DNA of 63,594 nt, filler included, from Intoshia linei (Eukaryota > Animalia > Orthonectida), in NCBI GenBank assembly GCA_001642005.1. It is 4 parts of 4 records of this genome, joined end to end, with 100 filler letters (N's around TTAATTAATTAA, not from the genome) between each part and the next. Parts side by side here need not be neighbours in the genome. Positions count along the whole stretch, not along the records: positions 1 to 20,698 come from LWCA01000675.1; positions 20,799 to 40,464 come from LWCA01000723.1; 2 more parts are not named here. One strand, 5' to 3'. Made by a program: the position numbers and the translations under genes. Within the stretch, counting starts at the first letter, position 1. Every line of letters begins with the position of its first letter. Positions 13,801 through 26,800 of the stretch are shown here, in pieces. The notes under the pieces are model-generated. The model worked only from the letters and a program-made list of their open reading frames with translations, searched no databases and was not told the origin of the DNA.

Positions 13801-15695
13801 ATTACAAATCGCACCACCTGGATCACCTACAGGTAATATACTCATTTTTTATAAAGTATTATATTTATGGACATGTTTGATTATTATTTTCGTAATCCCA
13901 TTTAAATTGTCAATAATCAATCATCAAATCATATTTTTTTTTAATTCCTAAATAAAATCAAAATGTCATACATGCATAATATCCATTATTATTGTGTTGT
14001 ATTTATAAAATACATGAATATTTTAGGTGGCATGAATCCTGCATTAAATAACATGGTTTATTTACATTTATACATAAGTTAATTCAATTTTCAGGGATGT
14101 GTTGAAGCAACGTATGAATTTATGAGTAAATACAATTACGTTTTTCTTATCTTGACTATAATGTTTTTGATATATTTGGTACATTTTAACCTGTTATATT
14201 ATCACTATTATAACTTAAATATATTGTACCATATAATACAGATGTCGGCAACCTGCGGCGGTTTTATGAAAAATATTGGTGTTAAGAACGACTAGTATAT
14301 ATTGCATATACAACTAATACATACTTGATTCTTACTTATATAATATGCTACGCAATATTTGTGTGTGTGTGTTCCTTTTTATTTCAACAACTACCAGTCT
14401 TAGAATTTTATAAAGTCCACATTTCAATTACAGTTGTTTCCGGGGTGTTAGAAAAATAAATCTCCCCCAAACTCACATCTTACCGGTCAAAACCACAATT
14501 GTTTTTTTTTTTTAAAATCATAAACATTACCATAAATTTAAGTTTAAAAAAATTATATCTTCACGGCCAAAACCACAAATTACCCTTCTTTTTTAATGAA
14601 AACCGCCCTAGAATTTCAAAAAATTTACAGGTAGTACATTTGTATCCTGTTAACACACATAAAAAATTTCAATTTGAATAAGTGACGACTTCAAGGTCAA
14701 AAAAGCATTTTAGTATTCATATATTTTTTTTTCCGAAATAATTTATTTAAACAAAAAATGTGAAATAATTAACTGTCCAAAAATTAAAAAAAAAATTATT
14801 CTGATAGAGCTTATTCCAGTTGATATAAATACAAAATTTCAACCCCAGAAATCTATACATTCCCGGTGAAAAATAATTTTTAATATATTATCAACCAATA
14901 TTTTTCAAATATTTCAATTAAAATAAAAATTGAAAATGTTAATATTGATCCTACAATTTCAAAAAAAATGTGCATTGAACGTCTATACATTTCCAATACA
15001 GAAATATGGGTGAAAATCTATATAATTCATTCCTTCAGAATTTTTTCAACATGAATTTATTTTTTTGGTATAATAAAAATGTGCCCTCAGCAGAGCTAGG
15101 TGCTGTTGGTACGTAGTACATAACAGTCAACCTTGTATAAATATAAACAGCTCGAGACAAAATTTTTAATATTAAAAAATGTTAAGAAGCTTTAATTTAC
15201 AATGTTAATGAATAAATTTACTACATTAGTACAGGGATTTTAACACTTTTTTCACGACGCACCGGTACTAAATTATAAAATTTATCTCGGCCATTAAAGC
15301 CAAATTTCTAGGCAATCATAAAAAAAATTGATAAAAACGTAATGAATTGACTTCTAATTAGTAAAAATGGTTTACGAACCAGTACTGGTCCGCGGACCGA
15401 CATTTGGGAAGCGCTGGTGTAGATAATAAAAATGTTCTGTTTATACATTGTTGTATTAATAAGTTGACAGGCTTTTGAGACAAGTAGATAGCAATTTTTT
15501 GTTCACTTTAGAAAATAACCAAATATCTATAAAAGGGTACCGACCATGATATAAACCAATTATTAATAATAATTTAATTGTTTTAAGCTGATAGAAATTT
15601 CAATGGGATTAATTCTACGAATTTATTATGATTATGATAGAGAACCTTTGATACAAAGGCAACCGGAATATAAAAAAGAAGAATATAGTCTGTGA
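10849..15695 (+). CDS. Tetraspanin (CD151/TSPAN11-like), ~9 exons
   Basis: Spliced exons give MLKKIV...FFQAFNLILV (TM1), hydrophobic TM2/TM3, an EC2 with IDEMQYRLHCCG (exon from 12171), VPSTCC (13717-) and GCVEA (14095-), then TM4 and a last exon 15588-15695 LIEISMGLILR...EEYSL*. Confidence 0.88.
12362..13310. mobile_element. hAT (Buster/Charlie-like) MITE in a tetraspanin intron
   Basis: TIRs CAGGGGTGCACAAC / GTTGTGCACCCCTG; 8-bp TSD tgtgagag / tgttagag. Confidence 0.85.
14329..15135 (+). mobile_element. Apparently complete non-autonomous Helitron
   Basis: 5' TTCTTACTTATATAAT plus GT repeat; 3' hairpin CTGTTGGTAC-GTA-GTACATAACAG, then TCAAC-CTTG|t; no TSD; internal part duplicated at ~31172-31652. 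Confidence 0.75.
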
Positions 15696-17237
15696 TGTAG
15701 TCATTTATAAATAAAATTTAACATTTGCACATCACGTCATGACAGGTGTATTGATATAATTTTAATTCTGATTATCCTTCAGCACCCACTAAAAACTAGA
15801 TTTAAAAAGTAAATTATTACAATCCCATCATGCACGATGAAGGTCCGTTTACCATCCCCTCTCTTATAAATATCTATAGAAACTTACCTTATTAAATTTA
15901 AACAATTTCCATGTTCTTCGAAAATGTTTTTTATGAGGGTCAGAAGTTTTAAGAATATTCCCATTTTTCTAGAGACTTTGCTTTTTAGTTAAAAACCCCA
16001 TCCTACCCTTGCCATTTACTGACCAATTATGGTGTAATTCATGATTAAATTTTATTAAAATCCTACAGTCATTCAAAAAATTTGTTGTATTTAATTTGTA
16101 TTAACATTTGCATGTAATTTTTTTCTAATCTTGTCAATTTTTTAATATTGCTCAAAAGGCCGCACCAAGTGCTGAACATTTATATGACATTTATTGTTCT
16201 TATGTGTAACTATGCATCTATTAAAACGAAAATTATAAAATTTGTTCATGACTTAATAATTTTGTAGATAAAAAACACATTATTCAAAACCGATGAAACT
16301 GAGGTATTGTTATGTTGGAAAGTGAAAAAAATGAAAATTTTTGTTTATATAATAAAAATCGTTATTAGAAAACTGATTAATGGACTACAAATAAGTAATA
16401 AACATTTTATTTGATTTTCAACATTTTAACTTTTATCACGTATTTTTTGTGGTTTCAAATATTTTCATTTTTTTTTGAATCGATTCAGTGCTAAATATAT
16501 TATATTATATAGCATAGGTTCTTAAACTTTAAACTCCACAGACTCCTAATAATAACCATAAATAAATATGACTTATTTCAACGAAACATTTTTATGAATC
16601 TTCATAAAAAATTTCTAAATCACTTAGTGAAGAAACCAATTTGTGAGTTTGAAAAAGATTTTTGAATTATAGTTACAAAAAGTGAACCATGGATCGGAGC
16701 CGAACCTACCACGCTCATACCCAAAAATCAAAAATAGGCAATATACGTTTTTTGTAAACGATGCGTAGTGACATAGCTCGAGTCACGTCTCCACAAATCT
16801 TGATTAACAGTTTAGATTTGCCACACAATATACTAATGCAGTTATAATGGTCATAATAGTTTTTTTTAAAGTGTAATTTAGAAATCTGAAGTAGACAATT
16901 TTACAAAATTTTCGTTCAAAGTACACGAAAACAGGTTACTGGAGTTATATTTGGCTTTGTCGTCAATATTTACGATTCTTAATTTTTATTTTCAATTTTG
17001 TGATTTATTGAATTTGTTTGTGATTTTGACATTTTGTGAATTTAAAAATTTTTGTTGACGAAAGGTGTTGATTGGGAAGGGGCAAATTTCATACAAAAAT
17101 ACAAATTTTGATACAAATGCTCCTTGGGACTTGAAAAATTTTGAATTTTCAATTATTATAATATATTATTAAGTGTAATGTCGGGTTTTTAATAACAACT
17201 GTTATTATTACATTATTATATATATCATGGATTAAGG

Positions 17238-17747
17238 CAGGGGTCGACAACCAGTGTCCCATAGTTTTAAAGTAATCCAAATAATAATCTTGTTGGTCCT
17301 TTGAGTAAATAAGTAAATTATTTATATTTTAATTTTTATTAATCAGTATAAAACCCTAAAATAATACTGGGATAAAAATTTTAATTAGAATTGTATAGTT
17401 ATTATTATATTATTATTGCAATTGTAATACATTAATTAAATGTGAATGATAAATTTATGAAAGTAATTCTGCTTTGATATTACCTACTTCAAAAATCTAT
17501 TTGTTTGCATGAAATTACTCTTAAAATAAATAGTGGTTACTTATAATTGGCTCACTATAATTATTTTAATACTGAATTGTTAGACCGCCCTGGATTTCAT
17601 TTTGTTGATTATACTAGAACCATTTCTCTTAAGTTAAAGCTGAAATTTATCATGTTTACATTTTCAAAAACGGGCCGGTAGAAAACATAAAAAGTTTTTT
17701 TGACATAAAAAAGTGACCCACGAGATACAAAAGGTTGCCGACCCTTG
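17238..17747. mobile_element. hAT (Buster-like) MITE
   Basis: TIRs CAGGGGTCGACAACC / GGTTGCCGACCCTTG; TSD gattaagg / gattaggg. Confidence 0.85.
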
Positions 17748-17877
17748 GATTAGGGTCATGTCAACAAGTTTGACTTTAGTTATAAACTCATAAATGTATA
17801 TATAATTAGATGGTAAGATTAATAAATATTACAACAATATATCAGAGACAACAATGTAGTTATTATCTTGTATTTTT

Positions 17878-20800
17878 TTAGTATTTATTGAAAATATGCA
17901 ACTTTTTGTCCAAATTAAATGGGTATTTGTCATCCAACGATAAACAGTAGTAATGCTTTGATGTCGTTGAATAGCTAAACTTTGAATTAATATGTGTATA
18001 CTTATTTAGACAAAATGTTATGTTTATTTAGTGAAACTAGTAAGGGTAAGTTGTTAAGAGTAATTGATGAATCCGAAGAGTGAATAAGATTTCCATTATA
18101 ATTTTTTAATGTATAACGAGAAATATTTTGAAATGCTTTTGAATGGATGAATGATAAATGAAAATATTTGAAATTTTTATTTAAATATATTTTAAATTAA
18201 CCTTGTACATGTGCATTTGATAATATGTGAATATCGGATGGATGACAAATTTTATATAGTGAATTTCCTTCATAGCAAATTTTTTTAATATTTTTGAGAT
18301 AACTTTCACATTTAATCTTTTCGTTTAAACTACAAAATTTATATTTTTATTTTTATATATCAATCATCTCATATTTTTTACGCCGGGGTCTTTCAAATTT
18401 TTTTTATTTCTCATGTACTCTACTGTAAAATCAATTTTAATGTTTATAAAATAAAATTATATAAATAGTGAGATTTTAGTGGAGCGTACGGTTGAGAATA
18501 TACAACACTGGAATATTCCCATACCAAATAATTTATTTTGTTGAATCCAGAGTTCGGAAACTTAATAATTTGAAAAATTTTCAAGAAATCAAATACATGT
18601 AAATTGTAAATAACAATGTTAATATTGATAAAGTATCAATTATTCATAAATCATAATTTAAATTTTTAAACTGAATTAAATGTTGTGTATTATCTTAGAA
18701 CCACCTCTCAAATCTTTTGGTGATAAAATGTAATCTTTTTCGGTGTTTTGTCAAGACTATTTACATATATTGTATATATGTATGTATATATATAATTTAT
18801 TGTTAAAAAAGTACTCTCTATAAACATGTTTGATGACAAACGTCTCGTCAACTCGGATAATATATTCATACAATTTTATAGCATAATCAATTAAATAAAT
18901 GGAAGGTTCAACACTCAAAACAACTCCTACGTATCCTATAATTTCCACAGCATTGCCGTTGTAACTTTTTCTCGCCTTTAGCATTAACTGCATAATCTAA
19001 TACTTTTTAAAATTAAAAAATACTCAGTTACTCTATATCCATTTGTTTGTCGGTTTGAATTTAGTCGTCTCGTTAATGTGGATCGAAACCTTAAGCATAT
19101 ATTTAAAACTGTTTTTTCTTCCGATGAACCATTCAACGACGTGTTCATGAACTCAACATCATCAGGATTTAAATATTCGTCCAAATAACACCCAATCATT
19201 TCTACCTACATTTGCATAAATTTAAAAATTTACATGTAAATTTTTTATATCTTGAAATTAAAATCTCAAGAAACTAAAATATTCATGATACGCCACGGTG
19301 CAAAAACAAAATTGAAATTAAATTAAAATAAATGAATGTAAACATTTAATTCATTATATTCTTGATTAAATTTAGCATGAATTTATGCTTGGCACTACAA
19401 ATTCCTATGTACTTCCATATTCAGGTGCTAAAACCTCAATAATTAAATGTCTACAATTTTATTGTTGAGAGAATTAGTAGGCGTGATGTTTAAATTACAC
19501 AGTACAAAATTTTTCTAACCTATATCGTTTTGTAGCTGGTATTCTTGTGATTCGAATGGTGTGGGTCACTCTATCAAGTCAGATCGACGTTTCGAGATAT
19601 AGGAATAAAATACAATAATTACAAGAAAGTTATATTGATTGTGATCTAAAACCCACTATTTGACCTTTAACAAAGTTATGGATTGAAACCAAAAATTTGG
19701 CTTGTGGCAATATACGTATATATGTACCATAACGAGAAAAAAAATTTACAAAATTTAAAGTATTTTAGAATTTAGCGTGTGGCGTTCCTCTTATTTCTTT
19801 AGAAAAATTAGTATTTTTGAAGAATAGATTTCTACTTTTATGAGTGATATATACATCCAAGAGTCTACTTTTTATTCTACCTTTAGCAATGCTAAGGTAA
19901 GATCGAGATTTTTTTTTATACGATATTAAAAATAATGTAAAATTAAAATTTAATGGATTTTTGATAACAACAATCTAGAATTTACAAATAATATATAGTC
20001 AATGATCATCGAATTCATTGATTTGCCTTTGAATCGGGTTTCAAATGTTTTCAAAGTTTGATTAAAGCGTTCACCATGCTCATCTGATATAATACGAGAA
20101 ACTGGTAATTGATCATAATTGCATTGCAACAGGTGCACTTTAAAACTCATCAAACAGCCTATTTTAAAATACGAATTAAACAAATATTCTATGTATCTTA
20201 GAATTTGGAAATTTGTCTTTACCTAATTAAAATTTTAGATTTTTATATGAAATTAATAACCTAGTAAAAAGTTAATGACATACTTAAATGACCTCCATGC
20301 ATTTAATTCATCAGGACTGTTTTCAAATGTTTTAGACATAAAAAGTTGTTTGATTTCTGGTCCATTTAATACTCCTGCCAACAATTTCATTTTCGATAAA
20401 TGTGGCAGAGCATTTGTTAAAGTAATACGTGGTTGAGAAGGGTCGAGAGATCTCTTTTTTAAACATATTAAAAACTGTGAGCATAATCCGATTTTTAAGT
20501 GTAATGGAGGTAACAATATCCTATCAAATTTAATCAGAGCAACTTTCATAACATTATATTGGTTAACTATATGTACAATGTACATTACGTGTAGTCCACT
20601 CACATTTTTGATAATGATTAACTCAATCGGTCGCATTGAAATAGCACCAATAACAGGGGTACTTAGTGTTACCCAATTGCATTCCTGTTAAAATCGTANN
20701 NNNNNNNNNNNNNNNNNNNNNNNNNNNNNNNNNNNNNNNNNNTTAATTAATTAANNNNNNNNNNNNNNNNNNNNNNNNNNNNNNNNNNNNNNNNNNNNTA

Positions 20801-23800
20801 AAATTAAAAAGAGAAGCATCATGTTGATCAGGAAAATTTCAGCTTTTTATTTACATAAGTCTTATGCAGACAATTAAAAAAAGTTTCCATTTTGTTGTCT
20901 AATGTTATAGATTTCACGATAGCAAGCATTGATGTGTTTAAATTTGCTGTAACTTTTCTACTTCGTTCGAAATTAGAATCTTGAGACTCGAAAATATTAC
21001 ACTCATTTTTTACACTTTCAAACGCTTCCTCGAGTATTTTCAGAGTGAATAAATAAACAGGAGATTCAACTGGATTATTTTCTCTTTCTTGAACTGGTTC
21101 TTGATGATCTTCCATTTCAATGAGATCTTTATTTGTTAGCTCTCGGTCATACTCTTGTAAAATATCGGTTATGTCGGCATTTAAAAAATCGAGTTGCAAT
21201 TATTTATTATTATTTTCTTAACAATTTATAAGCAATTTCAACGATCTTTTCTGTTTCATTTCTAACAATGTCTACTGGTTCTTCAAAGCCCTTAAAATCT
21301 TGTTTTAATTAAAGGCAAAGATTGTGCCAAACGTCTTTCATATTTTTCTCTGAAACTTTGTCCCATGCACTCTTTATTATTTTTACTGCACCCAGAACAT
21401 TGAACGATTTCCAAAATTCTTTTAGTGTTGGGCCTCCTTCTGTATCAATAGCATCTATCAATTTTTTAAATGTTGTACGAATATAATAGGCTTTATGTGA
21501 ATTTATTTATGACATTAATTTTCGTTCATTTTTCTATTTTTTTTTGTTTTTTAATTTGTTTGTTAACGCGGGAGTTCGTTAAGCGAGGTATTACTGTACA
21601 TTAATTTTAGTATTTATTTACATTTATATGAATATTTGTGAATTTACCGATTTTTTCCACAAGTGTATGGGTAAATTTGATTCTTCATGAGATTTTTCAG
21701 ATATAACGAAATTCAAATCGCTTGCTATTTTTTTTCTAACATCGTTTATCATTGAACATTGGTAGAGTCCATTCAAATTATCAATCTAAAAATGATAATA
21801 TTTTATAATTAATGAAATGTAGTAAAAATCGTCCAATAATGATTATTATTATGATTATAATCTAATTACTTCAATTTCAACTGTTTCGAGTATACTTACA
21901 CCAGGAGGATAGGGAATAGCGTCAATAACATTAGATTGAATATTTTGTATTTTGTTTGACCACTCAAGGAATCCATTTTTTCTGGCTATGCTTTGGTATA
22001 TGGGAATCACAATTTCCCAATTATATGCATACCTGAAATTACATATTAAATCAATGATATTATTCAAAATCAGTATTTTTAAATATTAATAATTACAACA
22101 TTCAATTTTGTGTAAACTATTTATTCAAGTACAGAGTTTATATTATAATATTATAATTTAGTGTTAATAGATAATTATTTAAATTTTGACAATTTAGAAA
22201 AGAATTAATTACACTCCTTCAGAAATATCCTTATGAGTAACATTAAAATTTTTAATTTTTCTTTTTATCCACATATTCCGGTGTATTTTAACCAATTTCC
22301 ATTTTTCGATCAATAAAGACAAGAAGCTGTATTTTTCAATTGTCTTGTCACACGACCTTGTAACTTTAACTTTGTCCGATTGATGCTGCACGTAAGCTTC
22401 ACTCTGTAGCAATGAAACTCCGATAAATTCAGCATGAGCTATTTTTCTAATAAGATAATAATAATGAATTATATAAAAAAATTTTTTTTAATCTTTTACC
22501 TTTCAAGAGTATTTAAACAGCTCAATATACTATGCAAGTTTTTTGAAATGTTGGTATGAGGTAATATTTGAAGAGGATAAAGGCCTTGACTATATTAAAA
22601 ATTTTGATAATTTATATTAGTTTGTTATATTACCAATTGGCATAAGAAAGATTCGGAAATAATTCCGATATAGAATGCTTTTTAAAATTATCTTTACTAA
22701 ACCTGTAGAGTGAAGGTAAACTGAAATTGACGGCTTGAATCCCAGATTGTGGAAAATTGCTTAGATTTAATAGTGGAAATTTTGAATGTTCTTTTAGTTT
22801 CTAATTAATAAAAAAATTATATTTCTGGTATAAAATGCGAAACCTTAAAAATTTTGAATTGTCCTTTAGACAAAAATTTATTCAGTAAATAATTGTCTAT
22901 TATTACATCGATATTATATATAATGTAATCACGTCGAACCATAGCATATTTTAATTGTGTTTTCAAATAGTTTGATTGTATTGTAGCCATATCGGATTTT
23001 AGATTATCCATCAGAACATCTTAAGATGAAATTTACATTTATATAAAAAAGGTATACTAGATTATATAATGTGAATATTTAATTATTACATATCGTTTCT
23101 ATTCCACCCCAATCTGCTGTAATTTTTTCATCCGTCAATTGACTGGAATACATTAATCCATTTCTTTTTTCAATATACCCCAAATCTACCAATCCATAGA
23201 AATAATTCAAAATATCATTCAAAGTAGTAATTAGCAATATATGTTTTTCTAAAACATCTCTTCCAATATATGTATTTTCAATTTTGTCTTTTTTCTTTTC
23301 ATCTGAAGTGTCGTTTGAATCGGCGTCATTTTTTTCGTCTTGTTCACTTGTATTACCGCCATTCTCGTTTTCAGATAATTTAACGAGTGGTGATTTATAA
23401 AAGCTAATAATGTCTGAGTTTGTAGGTATGAAAAATATATTTATGAGTAAATCTTCTTTTGAATCTTTTGGGAAATAAAACATTTTTTTCTTATTTTTTG
23501 GTGATTTTTTACTAAATTATTAAACATTACTTATCAAAAAAATAAAAGAATCACATGTATTGGTATAATACTTATAATAATATTATAATAATGGCACTTA
23601 ATTAATTTCAAAACGTTTTCAAATATATCATAATCTTACATATTAACTAAATTTACTTTCAAGTAAAAAGTAATGTGATACGATTGTTCCACCTGACATA
23701 AACTTGGAAACGACTCCTTTAAAGGATTAATAATAGTGAATAGTAGGATTTTTAAATTAGATTTTCAACATAAATTTATTTTTTGAGTATAATAAAAATA

Positions 23801-26800
23801 TGCCCTCTGCAGAGCTAGGTCCTGTTTGTACGTAGTACATAACAGTCAACCTAGTATTGTATAAAATTCTAGGACTTTTTTTATTTTTACAAAAAAAGAT
23901 AATTTGCGGTCTTGGCTCAGAAGATATAAATTTTTAAATTGAAATTTATGGTAATGTTAATGATTTTGAAATCTTTATCAGATTGTGTATTTTTATAATT
24001 CTATGATTCGTTGAATTTTAAATAAAACGGATAGTTGTCATTTATGACTTGAAGGACTCAATTTCTAAAAATGAAATTTTCGAGAAAAGATTAACCTCGA
24101 AAAACTGTATTAAAAATAAGTATTCGTAAAACTCTATGCTTATTACTTTCGTAAGTAAATGGTTACAAATAAATCTATAACCGGACATACATTTTTAACA
24201 AAGTTACTTTATATAAGTAAGAATTAAAAGTCACCTTTGAGACGTTATATCGCTTGATAAATTCAAATTTGCTGAAAATATAAAGTATTTTTTTCTAATA
24301 TATTTGTTTTAAAATTAAAAATTATTTTTACGCTATTTCAGGAAATTTTTTAACCAGTAGATATAATGAATTGTAAACTGCAAATAACTGAGATCGTAAG
24401 GAATAATGTTCAATATTATTTTGCAAATTTTCACAATAATTTTGTATTAATATTCTAAATTTTTTATTTAAATTTTAATACTATATACATTTTTTTTGTA
24501 TATTTATTATAATAAATGATTTAAACTCACGATTTATTTGAATTATGACTGTCTGACCTTTTAGCATAATGTTGATATTTATTGAAATATTCAATGAGCA
24601 TTTTGTTACGTAAAAACGTCTAAATAGTCATGATTAATAATGTTTATATTACGTACTAAATTTACAATGGTGTATTTTGTACAAAAAGTAGCTAGAATCT
24701 AGCTAGATCTTAATTTTTAAGCTAATTTTTAAATTTTATGGCTATTCATTTTTTTTAATTTTTCAAATTAATGTGCAATTTTTGGTTTTGACCATAATGA
24801 TGTAAATTTGAAATGATAAAAATTTATTTTATTAATTTCTGAGACTTAATTTTTTAATAAATGGTTACACACTGACAGACACACCTTTTGGCAAGCTTTA
24901 TTTTATTTACTTATTGTTAACTAAGATATTTTATTCACATAAATACTTTTTCATTGTTAATTGATATAAAAGCTTCTTGAGATAAAGGTAAATAATCTTC
25001 TACATCAATTTTAGAAAACGAAAGTCTGGTAACTGTTTCATTTTTTCTAAATTTATTACTGATTTAATGGAAGAGGGTATTTACTTTTCCGGTACTTGAT
25101 TTTCGTTAACTTTAGTTGACAAAAAATATTGTTCATATTCGTAGATATGAGATAAAACAGATATCAAACAGTTTCTATGAGTTATTTGACAAACTAAGAC
25201 ATCCCTTAAAATTGTTTTTCTATGGTCATCAATAAAAAGCTAAATTAAAGTATTATACTATATTGTTTAATTATACGTTAATCATTTTTTATTTAAATAA
25301 AACAGAACGTCACTACGTAGTTCTGAAAAATTAGGACTGCTTCGATCAGAATATTAAAAGAAATAACTAATTATCGAAAATAATTTTTTTAAATTTTTAT
25401 AGATTTATAAAATTTTAGCTGTATTGTCTGTCACTACTGTATTATTAATTATTATTTATATTCAAAACATACTTTATTATATACGATTCATATTACCTGA
25501 GAAAATTTATTTTTGTCATTATAATCTAATACTCCGCTATTTATGGCATCCAATTCATTGTAAGCTATTGAATATTTTAATTTTTCATATCTATTATGCA
25601 AAATATCAAATAAAATACAAATTACAGCAATGTTTCTCAACATTTCTTCAGGACGCACCTGTGAATACATAAAAATTTGGGACGCACATAAAATTTTGTT
25701 AAAAAAGAAAATCATTGACATTTTAAAAGGGTCTCTAATTAAATCCAACCATTTTTACTAAAAATCAAAATTTACCAACACTAACAGGAAAAATTCAGTT
25801 TTACCAACCCTAAAAGGAAAAATTCCAATTTACCAACCCTAAATGGAAAATTCCAGTTTTACCAACCTTTAACAAAAAAATCCGCTTTTACCAACCCTAA
25901 AAGGAAAATTCTAGTTTTACCAACTTTTAAGGGAAAAATCCAGTTTTACTAAATTGCGGAGTATCTCAGTTAATATAATGGATTGTCCGTGTTTTAGATG
26001 CCAGTTGAAAAAATGTCAATATAAATAATGGATTGTTAGTATTTAAATTGAATGTTCTGTATAAATTGAAACTGACAAAAAATGCTTTTGTAAAATATTA
26101 TACAATACTCTACTATTGCCATAATTATATTTTATTTGTTCTCATAAAAAATATTTTCTGGTGTGAACACCATCAAATATTTCTAATTTTATTGAAATAT
26201 GGTTTGTAGATATAATATGGTATTTTAATATTTTAGTTTTAACTTGGGTCAGTAATGGATGATATAACTCACAAACAAAAACTCAATTTTTCCTTTAAAG
26301 GTTGGTAAAGCAGGATGTTTCTATTAAAGGTTGATAATATTGGAATTTTCCCTAAAAAGTTTTTAAAACCGAATTTTTCCTTTTAGGGTTGGTAAAACTG
26401 GAATTTTTCTATTAAAGGTTGGTAAAAGTGGGTTTTCCCATAAGGATTGGTAAAATTGGGATTTTTCCTTAGGGGTTTGTAAAAGTGGATTTTTCCCTTA
26501 AAGGTTGGTAACTTTTTATTTTTAGTAAAAATGGTTGGATTTAAGAATATTATCATTTAAAAAATTACAACGCTTAAAAATAATAAAAATATAAAATAAT
26601 AATATATAATAACAATATAAAATACAAAAATTTAAATTTATTTTTTTAACATTACATTATTATTTTTATATGAGTATATTAGTTTTTTAATGAGAAATCT
26701 GTGCTTGGTCAGATGTAGCTATTATCTTCGCGGTGTACCTGATAAATGCTCATGGCACACTAATTAAGAATCACTGAATTACAGATTTAAAATTGAAATC

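Noticed and set aside
20743-20754. TTAATTAATTAA palindrome recurring three times
   Set aside because: Always centred in identical N blocks; an artificial scaffold linker.
25770-26512. ~29-bp repeat arrays as a CRISPR array
   Set aside because: The units are contiguous without unique spacers, occur as inverted arms, have no cas genes nearby, and sit in a eukaryotic intron.
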